Shown here piece by piece: positions 22,225-35,605 of a stretch of DNA of 64,000 bases. How positions within the stretch are numbered: the stretch's first letter is position 1; each line of letters begins with the position of its first letter. The DNA is taken from positions 23,250,001 through 23,314,000 of the forward strand of contig NC_135668.1 in NCBI RefSeq assembly GCF_964188315.1. The letters run 5' to 3'. The stretch is from Podarcis muralis (lineage: Eukaryota). The notes below the pieces were generated by a model that was given only the letters and a program-made list of their open reading frames with translations, was not told where the DNA came from and did no database searches. Position numbers and translations under genes: made by a program.

Positions 22225-23647
22225 GTAAGTAACTGAGCGATTACGTTCCATTTTTATGAGGGTTGGTGAAACCAAGGCACTTAGGATGGTGTTGGAATCC
22301 AACTCCCATCAGCTCCAGTCAGCATGGCCAGTGGTAAGGAATGATGGGAGTTGTAGTCCAACAATATCTGGAGAGCCACAGTTTGCCCAGTTCTTATCTA
22401 TGTTGCCTTTATTTTATATGTGGAGTTTTCTGATCAAGCTCAGAAACCACTGTCACTTTCCAGTGCGCATAAAACATTATGGGTAACTTGCAACTTACAG
22501 GGCATTTAACTTGTACGCATTTAGCTTTACCTGCTTGGCAAAAAAAAAATTTAAAAAAAATTAAAGGGAGAAGACAGAGGGTGGGCGTGTGGGCAAAAAA
22601 AGTTTGGCAATGTCACCCACCATTGAACCCAATGTGTTTTAACGCAGAATAACCCCAGCGTAAGTTGAGTCGCCTGTACATAATACATTTGCATATTCAT
22701 GTTTATTCCCTCAACTTTTTCTACACTGTGTGCTAGACCTGGCAATTAATTCATCTTTGCTTAATTGGTTTGACATTGTGACACTGAAAATTGTAGAATT
22801 GTACAGTGAAGTTGCTAAGGCAATCAGCATCTGGGTTAACTCTTGCTAAACTGAACTATTCTTCATTGTAAATAAGAAATGAATGTCCTAAAACTGAAGC
22901 TTACAAGGTATAAATCAGAATACTTTGAATTAAAATGCAAGTCAATTAAGGGAAAAGGAATGTTCTATAAGAGTATCATGTACTGCTAGAGCCAAACCCT
23001 GATAGACTGGGAGTGGGGAGCATTTTTTCAGTCTGAGGGCCACATCCCCTTATGGACAATCTTCCAGGACAGAGGCACATACCAGTGATGGGTGAGGCTA
23101 GAAGCAAAGGTGGGTGAGGCAATAAATGCAAATTTTACCTTTGTACAATAGAAGAGTTTCTGCACATGCTCACACAGCCCTCTCTGTCTTCTGTCCAGCC
23201 AAACAAGAGGTATTATCATAGTTCAAGGAAGCAGTGCAGCCAGGCTAAAACATATAAGGAGAGTACAAAGAAGGGCTCTTAAGGGATTTATCCTGGAGAA
23301 AGGGTGTGCGGCCTGGGGAATGTTCTGTGGGCCAGATAGAGTGGCCCCTAGCATAGATTTTTGTGGTAGAAAATAGTAACGTGCAGTAGATAGACTGAAA
23401 CTGGGAAAATTAAATATATTTCCAGGATCCATCCTTTCTTAGACGATTGCATGGCAAGGATTGTACAGTAACTTCCCTGTTTATATCAATGGGAATTTGG
23501 CTGGATCATGCTGCTTGGGTATATCTACACTACAAGCCTCTATCAGTTTTCTTTCTGTTTAAATGTCATAGCTTCCTCCAAATATACTAAGGAATTGCTG
23601 AATGCGTTAGAGATCCCTAATGCCACTTCTAGAACTGTATATACCAG

Positions 23648-23649
<2 letters not shown>

Positions 23650-23696
<47 letters not shown>
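23650..23696 (+). repeat. (TC)n(TG)n microsatellite
   Basis: Directly visible. Confidence 0.95.
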
Positions 23697-26324
23697 ATGT
23701 ATGTGATTGACAGCTAAAACAGCTTTAGTGTAGGATCGCAAGGTGAAAAAGAGGGCAGAGCTCCTATACCAGGGGTACCCAATGTAGAGCTCTCCAGATG
23801 TTGGACTACAAATCAGATCAGTCACAGGTAGCATAGCCAGTGGCTAGGATGAAGGGAATCCATCAACATCTGGAGGTCACCAGGTTGGCTGTCCCTATCC
23901 TACACCTTTAACACTTGTGTAGAAGCAGGAATTTCAGTAGGTGTAGCATTCATAACAAGTAGTACACTGTTTGATGCTTTATTTTCTTTGCCATACCTGA
24001 CCTGTTCATCCCAATGCACCTAAAAACATGGGGCACATAATATACATAGAGAACAAATTCAAGGATAAGGCTAAGGCAAGTTGGTTAACCTGTGTCTACT
24101 TGGGTTATTTTGCACATTTTACGTAATTATGTTGGTTTTTGTAGTTTCATTGACTTTTTTTTCTTGCATGTAAGCTGCCTTAGGGCTTCTAGAAAGGTAA
24201 AATAGAAATGTTTTAAATAATAAAATGTGATAGTTGAGGACTCATAGTTGAGTATAGAGTATTTATAGTATAACTTACATAGTTCAGTTTAGTTGGGTAG
24301 GAGCAAAACTCCAGTCCTTAGAAATGTGTATTTTGTGTGAAGACTTTATTGCATGTTTCAGAGAAGTAGATATTTTTTCAGCTTTAATATTTCCTTGCTA
24401 TATCTGCTTTCTGTTAACATTATAGCGCTAAGCATATTTTCTCAGAAGTAAGTCTCTCTGAATTCACTGAGATTTATGCCCCCAAAAAGTGTGTTTGGGA
24501 TTATAACTGTAGACTTTATCAAATATTCAGTTTGTGTTTGCAGATTTTAGTACAGTCATAAAGGGGAGGAATTTGGAAACTTCCACTTTTGACTAACCAA
24601 AGCTTGCTGTGTTGCCTGTATCTGCACGTATTATTAGTTTTAACCATGGTTAGCTTAAACTATCCAGCTTCAGTAACTGTGGTTGAAAGTTAGCCTTTCT
24701 GAAACTAAACAATTTGGTCTGGTGTCAGTATAAGGCATCTTCTTATGTTCCTAATGAGCACAATTCCCTCTTCGGCTGCCCAGAGAACTTTTATGTTAAG
24801 TGTCGGCACACAAATAACATAAATTAATTAATTTAAAATGATGGCACAGTGGCCAGTGTTTCTGTGTATTCTCCATTCAGCTTGTATTAAGCCAGATATA
24901 TCTAATGATCCAGATTCTGCACAAACCGAAGTATTTTCTTGGAAGCTGTGCTTGCTGGAGAGAAAAAATGGCACCAGGCGGCTTGCATTTGTATTTTGGC
25001 AGGGTGTGCTTGCTGGAATGGATTGCTCAGGGAATGGAATTCAACTGCCAAGGTAGCTTTGAAGGTTACATAATGACTCAACCAAGCTCAAAAATGGGGA
25101 AAAAATATGTAGGTATGTATATGCGGGATAAGACTGTGCTGGCTGCTCCAAGAATCAGAACAACCACATTTGTGTTGGAAAGAGTCTGCTGGCACTTAAT
25201 GTATTTGCTCAATTGGTTACCTGGCCCCAAAGGACAGCTGAATTCTTTCTTTATTTGAAAAAAGAGAGAGAGAGAGAGAAAGGAGGATTTAATGGAAAAG
25301 GCATGCAAATTTCTTGCAATAGCATTGTAAGCAGCGTAACTGCAAAGAACCCACAGCCTCGCCCCCGCCCCCCACCAGTACTGAAATGCAGGCAGCCTTG
25401 CTTTTATGCCGTTCAGGGTTCCCTGTTGACAGAAGCTAGTTAAACAGTCTGTGGGCTGCAGCCGTCAGCCCTCAGCCATATCTCTCGTGTTGTGACTTGA
25501 ATCAGTTCTCCTGTTTCCTGCTGAAATCTCTGTTCCAGCCACGCTGCCTTTGAGCGAGCCAAACAGTGAGAGTTCAGCGTCTCGCTCTTAATATCCTGTG
25601 GAAGGAGACTGGACGAGCTTTGCATAGCTTGTCAGAGTCTAACCTTGTTTTGTAGGCCAGCATGTTTGTAACCCTTTGCAGGTTTTAGGGCAATCTCCTT
25701 TGCTCTTGCAGCCCAGAATGAAAATGTGAGACATGAATTGAGTTTAAAGAGTCACGACTTTTTTTTTGCAATAGCAACTATCTGCAATTGGATGACCTTA
25801 GCTTAGCTATTTCCTGGGGGCATCCCTAACTTGAGGATAAAGCTGGGAGAAGTTCCTGCCCTCTCCCCATTTGAGTGACGTCACCAGGCGCTGGATCTGA
25901 AAATTACCTCTGTGACTTTCTTTAGCCACTTGCATTGAAGGCAAGTCAAGAGAGGCTGCTGGATGCTGGTCAGCATCATTCAGAGCAGAGGTTGGCAACC
26001 TTATCTGAGGATGGGCCAGTCGACGGTAAGAGTGGGCAGCGGCAGGGGGCACCATGGCCAGTTAGACACTTTATCCTAGGCTGGATCTAGGCACATCAAA
26101 AAAGCGTTTCAGGAAAACGCGCTGTAAACTTCATAATGGGAAATCACATTGGTGAAAGACGGGACTCCACAGCACCCTCTGGTGTCACAGTGTTATAATG
26201 CACATAAAACACCTTTTCTTTACTAACGTAGCTGAGTCACCTATTCCCTCTCTGCTTGCATACCTGTTAGTCGTTACTGATTTTGAAGCCAACAAGTCCA
26301 ATTAAAATGCCTCCCCATCCTGGG

Positions 26325-26533
26325 ATAGGAACATAGGAAATTGCCTTATATCAAATCAGACAATGGTCCATTGAGCTCAGTATTGTCCCCACTGGTTGGC
26401 AGCATCTCTTCAGAGCTTCAGATAGGGGTCTCTCCCAGCCTTACCTGATGATACCTGGAGAGCTGGGGGATTGAACCTGGGACCTCCTACATGCAAAGCA
26501 GATGCTCTACCACTGAGCTATGGCTCTTCCCCC
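26325..26533 (-). mobile_element. tRNA(Ala)-like-head SINE
   Basis: Reverse complement of the 14135 family, including the tail (ataggaacataggaa on +). Confidence 0.8.
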
Positions 26534-27079
26534 ATGAAGGAGAATTTCATACCATCTGCATTTTTAAGCAAACTGCCCTGATTCATATCTCCTGGACTAA
26601 TACACAGATTGGAACATAGTTGCTGCCCAGATTTTATAAAGTCCTTACCAAACTTTAAGGTACATACTCGGAGATTAAATACAATAGAAAACCTTTGCTG
26701 AGATTAAATATGTTTTTAAACATGCATTTTGTGATGCAATTATTTTAAATGCATTTAAAAACATGTATTTTAAATGCAAGCATTGATATGGATTTTTTTA
26801 AAAAAATGACAGATGAATGGCAGAATGGACAGCTTAGAACTGACACATGTATGAATGAAGACATGTGAAACTGACACGACCAAACTTAGAATTTTTCTGA
26901 TGTGGAATATACAAAAACAAAACAAAACAAAACAAAACAAAACAACCCAAATGAGGTTCTCTTGGCCAGTTATGAGAAATCCCCATAAAATTCATTCTCA
27001 GCTCACAGAAGGACAGTAAGTTAGACTTGCTGTGCAATGAAAAGATGGGTGGGTGACCAGGAATGAGGGCATCACTGTC

Positions 27080-27297
27080 AGTGAGATGCAGTGATTAGAG
27101 TGTTGGTCTGAGATCTAGGAGACCAAGATTCTGACTTAGCCTTGGAGCTCACTGGGTGACCTCTGGCCATGCACTTACTCTCAGCCAAACGTACCTCACA
27201 GGGTTGGTGTGAGGATAAAATGGAGAGGAAGAGTAACCATGTATGCCACCTTGCGCTCCTTGGAAGAAAGGTGGGATATAAGTGTAATAAATAAATA
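27080..27297 (+). mobile_element. MIR-like CORE SINE
   Basis: ctgggtgacctctggcca..ctctcagccaaacgtacctcacagggttggtgtgaggataaa core and an aataaataaata tail, into whose TA the next MITE inserted. Confidence 0.7.
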
Positions 27298-27528
27298 CAG
27301 TGGTACCTTGGGTTAAGAACTTAATTCGTTCTGGAGATCCATTCTTAACCTGAAACTGTTCTTAACCTGAGGTACCATTTTAGCTAATGGGGCCTCCCAT
27401 TGCCACCACGTGATTTCTGTTCTCATCCTGAAGCAAAGTTCTCAACTCAAGGTACTATTTCTGGGTTAGCGGAGTCTGTAACCTGAAGCGTCTGTAACCT
27501 GAAGTGTCTGTAACCTGAGGTACCACTG
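27298..27528 (-). mobile_element. Tigger/pogo-like MITE
   Basis: Reverse-oriented copy with TIRs and TA on both sides (27296-27297, 27529-27530). Confidence 0.9.
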
Positions 27529-29867
27529 TAATAAAACTGAAATAATATTAAGACAAGCTGCATTTCACCCTTGTTGGATTGTTGTTGCTCCCTCCTCTTC
27601 CACCACCATGTGAGCCCTCAACTTGCAGTGTGTCTTCTTACATGGGGGTAAGGCAAACTTGCCCAGGCTGGAGGGCAGAGGAAAGTCGGTGTTGTGATAA
27701 GACTGGGCTTTGGTTCCGTCTCTGTTCTTTGCCTTGCTTTACTACTGTTTTGAGGCTTTTCTGTGAAAGGTTTGGTACACAGAGGCTGTGAAGGAAGAGT
27801 TTATTTGAGATGATTCCTCAGGCTTTGGTTTAAATCTCATTGACCACTTATTAGAACCTGATGCAGGTGTGCTTCTCCCAATCTCTTTTGTTCAGAGATG
27901 GGGAACAGGTATTCTCTCCCCCCTCCCCACCGCCGGAATGTGAATTCCCCTCCCGCTATAATGTTTATTCCCCCCTCAATAATGTGAATTTGTAATTATG
28001 TACATTGGGCCAAAATGTGCCACATACTCTCAACTAAAAAGACTAGAAAAGCTTTTGTTAAATAACGAAGTAAGCCAAACCGTGTCTCACTCTATATTTG
28101 GTGCCTTGCTTTGTTTTTGGGTGTTGTCATTTTAATTCTTATTATGACTAGAGATCTCAAAAGATGGAAGTGGGCTGGGCCTCTCTGAACCTACGAGAGG
28201 GCCTGCCTGGCGGCCACCTGCTAATCATAACCCTCCCCCCTATGCCATGCCTTGAAGCGATAAGAGCATAATAAAATCCTCGATGGTTCAGGTGAAAGGT
28301 CCAGCATCCTGTTCTTACAGTGGCCAACTGAGAGACCCACAAGGAGGGCAAAAGAAGGACAGCTCTCTCTTCCATTCATGATACCCAACAACTGGTATTC
28401 ACAGGCAATCCAGAACCAAACAGATTGACTTGACTTTGGAAAAGGCAGTTTCCTATGTCCTAAATTGGCCTTCACCCTGGGAGTTGTGTTAGTCATTAAG
28501 AATATAAGAGAAGCCCCAGTGGATCAGGCATCTGGTCCAGCATCCTATTCCCAGAGCAGCCAGCCAGATGCCTATAGGGAGCCCTCAAGCAGAACCTGAG
28601 AACAACAGAACATTCAAGACATTGAGGGGGCAGGGAGCAATGATGACTGCCAGGAGGCAGCTGGTGAGAGTACTTCCACTGCCATCACTAAATGTTTTGA
28701 CCAGCCCCTCCCCCAAATCAATGAAGTAGTGCCTGGCTCATCCTTCACCTCTTCCAATTTTCCACCAAAAGTACTCATTTGAGAATTTTCGGCTCAGCCC
28801 GAGTTTTATTGTGTGCTATATATGGTTCATATCTTACCTCAATGGCAAGTGTGTCATTCCAGCTGCAGTTAAAGATGCCCTCCCTTTGCAGTTAGCCATT
28901 CAAAACTGCCAAAGTTTTCTACATGATTGTATCCTGGTATAGTAAATCTAATTGCTGTCCTTAACTGGGAGAGGTAATTTTGGTTTTGCTCCACCCTGTT
29001 CACTTTGCTAGAATCTTTGAAATAAACATTTTTAGCCGTTTTGTGCCTCAGTATCAGCGTGCAGAATATTGTCTACCAAAAGCAACCTAATTCCAATTTC
29101 ATTGTAATTTAAAGCACATCCTTTACGTATCTCAGAAAGCAGGCAATCGTATATGCAGTTGGACTGGCTGAAGACACAAGCCGAACTGATGTCCAGCTAA
29201 GAAACTTCAGCCAAACAAATGTCAACAAAGGCTTTTTGGAATCCTTCCCAGCTACTGGGTGTGTGAGGCATGAGGTCTGTTTGGAGGCAGATGTGGACGG
29301 AATAGCTTAAGCGTGTTAGAACTGGAGGCGGGATGTTCCATGGAGAGAATTGCAACTCCTGGAGTTTATCACTTTTGGGTGTTGCCAAAGCTTTAAAATA
29401 AGGTCCAGTGAGAACTGGAGTGTATTGCAACGGGGGGGGGGGGGGAGGTTTTGTAAACACTTATTGGAGACCCAAAGAGCACTTCATGGCCAATATGCAA
29501 ATATTTCTTCCTTACAGTTAGCTTTTTAAAACTCTAATTCCATGTACATTTACTGGCAAATGAAGCCCACTGAATACAGTGGGATTTACTTCTGAGTAAA
29601 CACACTTGACATTGGCTTGCACAGCTGTGGTCCTCACACTTATTCGAAATCACTGGGACTGTCTGAACATAGCCAAGTTTAAGATGGGCCAATGATCAGA
29701 TTCCAGACCAGGCATACAAACAAGTGGGATGAGGCAAAGAAAGGAGAGGCGAGTTTGTTCTAAATATGAGTGGGTCCAACTGAGGTGCTAGGCTTTATGG
29801 TACAGATAGATCCTGACTGGCTTGTGGGGTCAGCTTTCAGAATCCAGGCTGGTGCTGAAGTCTAGAG

Positions 29868-30003
29868 CAGTGTTTCCCAACCTTGGGCCTCCAGCTGTTT
29901 TTGGACTACAACTCCCATCATCCCTAGCTAGCAAGACCAGTGGTTAGGGATGATGGGAATTGTAGTTCAAAAACAGCTGGAGGCCCAAGGTTGGGAAACA
30001 CTG
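29868..30003. mobile_element. Near-perfect palindromic hAT (Charlie-like) MITE, 136 bp
   Basis: cagtgtttcccaaccttgggcctccagctgttttt / aaaaacagctggaggcccaaggttgggaaacactg; 8-bp TSD gtctagag on both sides, matching the NTCTAGAN target preference of Charlie-type hATs. Confidence 0.93.
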
Positions 30004-31576
30004 GTCTAGAGGGCTCCCTTGACTCACAGAACTTCTTATGAGCAGCACTGGACGTAAGGCATTGGAGACTGGCTGCTGGAAGCCCTGTTTTCAGACCCCA
30101 CATTCCCATCAGCACTTTGCAGACTTCTAAGTGTAAACATGCATACGATTGGACTGTATAGCTTGAACCCTATGCACACTTATCTGGGAGTAACTACCAT
30201 TAAACACAATGAAACACATTTCCAAATAAACATGCATAGCGGTCAGGCATTACCTTAGCTGTAATTATAGGTTTTGCTAGTATTCTGCAGTTTATTTTAA
30301 AAATGCATATGCTGCCTCATTTTCAAAGAGCTTAAGCTAATAAGTGAAATTCAGTACTCCGGAGTATGAACATTAAAAACTCAGCAACTTCACTGCTGAG
30401 AAAATGCAAATCCCAACTAATCTCAACATTGATATAAATCCATACTCAGATTCTTGCTGATGATTGGCCTTTTGCCACTTCCTTAGGATATCTCCAGGAG
30501 TCTTTCCAGATGTATGTATTTGCCACCTACAGTGGTCATGGACTAGTACTCAACTTCTTGTGACAGTGTTCTTGGAGTTTACATTTTGCATGCAAACAGT
30601 AAAGCTGTGCAAGCCACTTGCGAAGATAACACAGTTTCCCCTTCCATGCCATTTCAGCCATCAGGGACAGTCTTTTAGCATTTGTTTAGTTTGGATTTAG
30701 GTTCTGGTGCTGGTATTTGAGTTCTGTGGCTTACGGGTTGAAAGCATTGGTTCTGTGTATCTATTTTGCTGGTGTCTTAGAGCTCTGAACAGTCTCTTCT
30801 GTCTGAAATATCTGCTTTGGGATGCCCTGTGCCCCTGGCAAGAGCTTAGAACTTTATTAAATAACTGTATACCTTTATTAATAGTGCAGGTCTTTGACCC
30901 CTTTTGTATGTCATGTGAGTAGTAATGAAATATTATGTTCCAATTGCTTATGAGGAAGCAGGGTTAGAATTGTTGCATTTTTTTCCTGAGTGTCGCAAGA
31001 GAGCATGAAGGTGTTGAAGGCTCTACTGTGATTGTTCATTAGTTGTGTTTTTAGTAGGACCTCAAGATTTAGTTGGATAATTGGTAGGGGCCAATTTTAT
31101 TCAGAAAGAACACATTCCGATTAGCAGAGTTGGCATACATATTTTTAGGATATTTAGGTCTCTCTGTGTTGCTGTAATAGGGAATGCAAAACTTTCCAAG
31201 GTTTAGCTGGTGTAAAACGATTGTGACAGCTGGTATGATCAGATTGGGAGCGATACACATTCAGCATAATTGTGTGCGCGCACACACACATTTATGCCTG
31301 GAAGCTGTTTATGTTGCTTTTAATCCAGAGGATTTGTTGGGAAATGTTAGGCATCCCATCACATGGCATTTCATATTCGGTTCCTCAGTAACAGGGACCG
31401 TTAAGCAAAGTCAGTGCAAAATTGTTGCTGTTTAAGCTGTGGCTGTGGCAAATATTTTCCACTTTTGATATTCAGTTTGAAAGTAGCCCATTCTATGCAA
31501 CGGAATAGATTCCTGGGGGTTGCGGAAATCATTTTACTCAGCATTATATTGTTTCTCTAGGGTATAGGAGGTGTTA

Positions 31577-31577
31577 G

Positions 31578-31623
<46 letters not shown>
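31577..31623 (+). repeat. (TTG)n microsatellite adjoining an L2 tail
   Basis: Directly visible; grades into (TTA)n at the end of the adjacent LINE. Confidence 0.93.
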
Positions 31624-31624
<1 letters not shown>

Positions 31625-31885
31625 ATTATTATTATTTATACCCTGCCCTCCCCAGCCAAGGCCGGGCTCAGGGCGGCTAACAAGCAATAATAAAAACAAG
31701 TTGAATGAATACAACTTAAAAACAAGATTAAAATACAACATTAAAATATTGAAACATTAAAATATTAAAATGCAGCCACATCACAGGAGGAGAAAGGAAA
31801 AAGAAAGAGGGGGAGGGAATCAAATTGGCTCCAAGCCAAAGGCCAGGTGGAACAACTCTGTCTTACAGGCCCTGCGGAAAGAAAT
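31624..31885 (-). mobile_element. L2-type LINE 3' end
   Basis: Minus strand ends gccgccctgagcccggccttggctggggagggcagggtataaataataataa, as recalled for squamate L2 ends. Similar fragments lie near 2050-2160, 17820-18150, 38385-38470, 53935-54400, 54600-54925 and 55525-55900. Confidence 0.6.
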
Positions 31886-32559
31886 GCAGATGGGGTAGTA
31901 CCTCTGGTGGGGGACATGCCATGCTCCTTCTGGGGTAGTTTGTCCACCTTTGGTCCCCAGCCTGTACTCTGCTCTCACCTGTGGTTCCTAGAAGCTGTCA
32001 GCATGCGACAGTGGCCACACCCTGGGAACAGCTTTGACTGGCCAGCTAAGCCAATGAGTCTCAAACCCTCAGTGAGTTAGGGACTTCCCTTGCATGTGAA
32101 GACAAGCTCAAGCAGATTGAGCGGACAAGACCAATAGTGGGCCCAATGGTCAAGAAGGCATTTTCTGCTCATGCTATAGAGCAAATTGAGGGGCAGATGG
32201 GGCTCATCAACCTGGGAAGGTAGCCCACCTAGGAGAAGGAAAACTCTGATCCTAAACCTCCTTTGCTTTGTGGGACATCTTTGAGAGAAGAAAAGGCTAA
32301 TGAGTAAACCCTATACAAACCTGGCGTGGAGTCCCTGTGACAGTTGGCTGGTGCCTTGTACACCTTCTTCCAGCAACTTCTGCAGCCAAACTGGTGCCAA
32401 ATGTATTGTTCTGCTTTCCTTTAGACCACATCAGCGAAGCTGAGAGGGGGGTCTTGTTGTCTGGGCAGCCCAGGACCTCCATACACACTGCCCAGGCTTG
32501 TGCCTTGGGGAGTGCAAAGAACAGCTGCTGTTTGATTTGCATACTGTTTTAATCAGGTA

Positions 32560-32896
32560 AGGTAAAGGTAAAGGTACCCCTGACCGTAAGGTCCAGTCGC
32601 GGATGACTCTGGGGTTGCGGCGCTCATCTTGCTCCACAGACAGCTTCATGTGGCCAGCATGACTAAGCCGCTTTTGGTGAACCATAGCAACACACTGAAA
32701 TGCCATTTACCTTCCTGCCGGAGCAGGGGGCGAAGGTATTTGTCTACTTGCACTTTGACGTGCTTTCGAACTGCTAGGTTGGCAGGAGCAGAGACCAAGC
32801 AACGGGAGCTCACCCCGTCGCGTGATTCAAACTGCCGACCTTCTGATCGGCAAGCCCTAGGCTCTGTGGTTTAGACCACAGTGCCACCCACGTCCC
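32560..32896 (-). mobile_element. Sauria SINE, full length with internal deletion
   Basis: Head, B-box region and (ACCTTT)n tail present; 12-bp TSD tttaatcaggta (32548-32559, 32897-32908). Confidence 0.92.
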
Positions 32897-35298
32897 TTTA
32901 ATCAGGTAGATTCACATTAAAATTCTAACCGAACTGAATTTCTCCCCATCTCTTATCTAATGTGAGATTATGGGTGCTTGTGAACAGACTCATATGGGGT
33001 ACCACAGCCAATAGAATTAAAACTCAGTGGTGGGCAATTAGCGAGGGCAAGGAAGAGGAAATGAAATGAAGCTATTAAGTCATGTTTGTGTGTTATCCTC
33101 ATAAGAATGAATGAATGAATGAGTTAGCCTCATAAAGGAATTATAAGAAAGAGTGGGACCACACTGCTGCCCTATCCCTGCCGTTGTGTATGTATGACCA
33201 TCTCTGCACATTCAGCAAAGGTTTGAACAGAGAAGAAATTCCCATTGCGTAAGTTGCATGGAGGAGCTTGTGCAATTACAGCCAGCTTCCCCTTCAGATC
33301 TTGGTTAAACATGCAAACACCAGGGGGTGGCATTGACAGGTTGCAGTAGCAGTTAGAGGGTGGGGTGATGCCACTTACCTGATATCCTAGTGAGATCAGG
33401 GCAGTGCCAACACACTGCTAGAGCCAATTGCACAAAACTTGTTGGTTCCTTGCTCCTCATCTTCCTAATACTCCACAGTGGTAGTGGTGACAGGAGATCA
33501 CGTAAGCAGTGCCCCCACCACCACCCAACCACTTCTCGTAGGGTGGAAACATTGCTTTTATCTTCCTTGAACATTTTTAATAGAACGACAGGATAAAAAA
33601 ACCATTTTAATAAACAAACAAACAAACAAACACAGGTGTGTTTACAACCAGTGCTGAAAAATTGGAGGTCATTGCCAGCATGAAAAGAAAGCAGTTTCAG
33701 CCTTAGATCAGATGGCAGGAATTTTCACCTTTTCGTTTTTTGAAGTGAAATTCACAGAGTGGGAAAACCCCAGAGGCGGAGCACTGATTTGGATGGTGAT
33801 ATCAGTAGGACTGAGGGGGGAGTTGCTTTGGTTTGCATTTTACTGTGAACCTACCCAATTTCTACTTCCTAAAACAATGCACAAACTGAAATGCAGCTAT
33901 CCTTCAAAGCGTGCACTTCTGTGAACTCTGCAATGCAGTTCTCTAAGTCAGTACAAAAATATGACAGTGTGCATAATGTATATAATAAGATAATGTACGT
34001 ATGAGAGTGCATTATATTGGGGGGGGGTTGCTTGCAAAAATGTGTATATTGCAGAAATTGGATTTAAAAAATAATACATTTGGATACATTTGCATTAAAA
34101 TGCTGACTTTTGTTCGTAAACTGATTTGGAAATGCAGAGAACTGAACTTAAAGACTAGGAAAATGAGAAACAGAGAGAAACCAAAAGTGGCATCCCTAGT
34201 ATCAGCACCTGATCTACAACAGGATGTGTTAACCATCCCATTGGTTGTGCTTGGATGCCCTTAAGCTCCCAGAAAAAGGCTGTTACTAGTGGAGTGGCAG
34301 AAATTGTATCTTACCTTTTTGTTTCTTTTTATGCACAAGCAATGATGCAGCAGGTCTGGGGATGGAGGGGAAATGATAAAAACCGAAACGAAACCTTAGG
34401 TGAAGCAAAAAAACAAAGTGGGGGGAAGCAGTTGGAGTCTGAATGAATGAAAAAAATATATTGTTACCTCACAGTATGCTGACATGATAGGAGATATCCA
34501 TTGGCAATAATTGCATGCAACGCCTCAGTGAATGTGACTGAAGCTTCACTTCCCTTGTGGGCTGAGGTGGGGGAGGATGTCTGAATTCAGAGTAAACGCT
34601 TCAGGGCCAGAATGTGCTGTGGCTTGCTTCTAGGAAGCACGGCGGTTCTTGTGTTTTCTTAGTATTTAGCTATCATATTCTTACATTTGACTTCCCAGGT
34701 TTACTGGGTCATATCCAATATTCATTCTACTTAGTGTAGTTTATAGAAATGTGTATTTTGGGTCCATTAATTGCAGTAGGGCTACTCTGAGTAGAAACAT
34801 AGTTGGATGCAACCCCTTACTTCCTTCTAGTGCAAGCATTTTATTTTTGAGAGTTTAACTTTTATGCTGATTTGGTCTCTTTTAAAGAAGTGTCTACCAA
34901 ATTCTCAAAAAAAAAAAAAAAACCAGTTCTCAAACTTTTTCTTTTTGGGGACCACTTCAAATTTCCTAGAATGGAACAACTGATGGAACTCTTAAACTTC
35001 CTCTGTTCTGCAATGCAAAACTGGCACACAGCACATATTTTAACAACCACAATTTTCTAACATGAAGGAGATGCCTGTTTTTGTGAGCAAATTTCTGTAA
35101 AATTGGTGTAATGTTTGTCAGCTTTAGCCTGAGGTTCAGCTTTCATCCTGCTTCTGCATTTGGACTCAAGGGCAGCAATTGACGAAAATCCCCATCTTGT
35201 ACAGGGACAAGAATAATGAAATTATTAGACTGCACCAGCACTGTATTCACTGTATTCTGAAGGTCATAGGACAGTTCCCACCCCCCCTCTCTCTCTCA

Positions 35299-35605
35299 CA
35301 AAGGCGTAGCTGGGAGAGGGGGTTGTGGCACTGGGCACCACACCGCACTTATGGTTGGGCCTGCAGCGCGCCTGAGCCATGCGTCTCTCCTGGGAGTGAT
35401 ATGGTGTCTTGGGTGCCTGCAGGCTCTGCATTGCCTGAAACGGCAGTGTGGGGCTTGCGTCTGCCTGCCACTTCCCCTCAGCCGCCCCACAGCTGAGGGG
35501 GAGGCGGCAGCCAGACTCTTTGGATGCTCCACAAAGTGCGCTCTGTCCCTGGGCACAGGGTGCACGTGGTCTCCTGGTGCCCGAGCGGCTAGCTATGCCT
35601 CAACT
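35299..35605. mobile_element. GC-rich non-autonomous DNA element related to the copy at 48044
   Basis: Termini caaaggcgtagct / agctatgcctc are imperfect inverted repeats; shares tctcctgggag and cagccg..gctgag..ggaggc motifs with 48044-48317. Confidence 0.55.
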
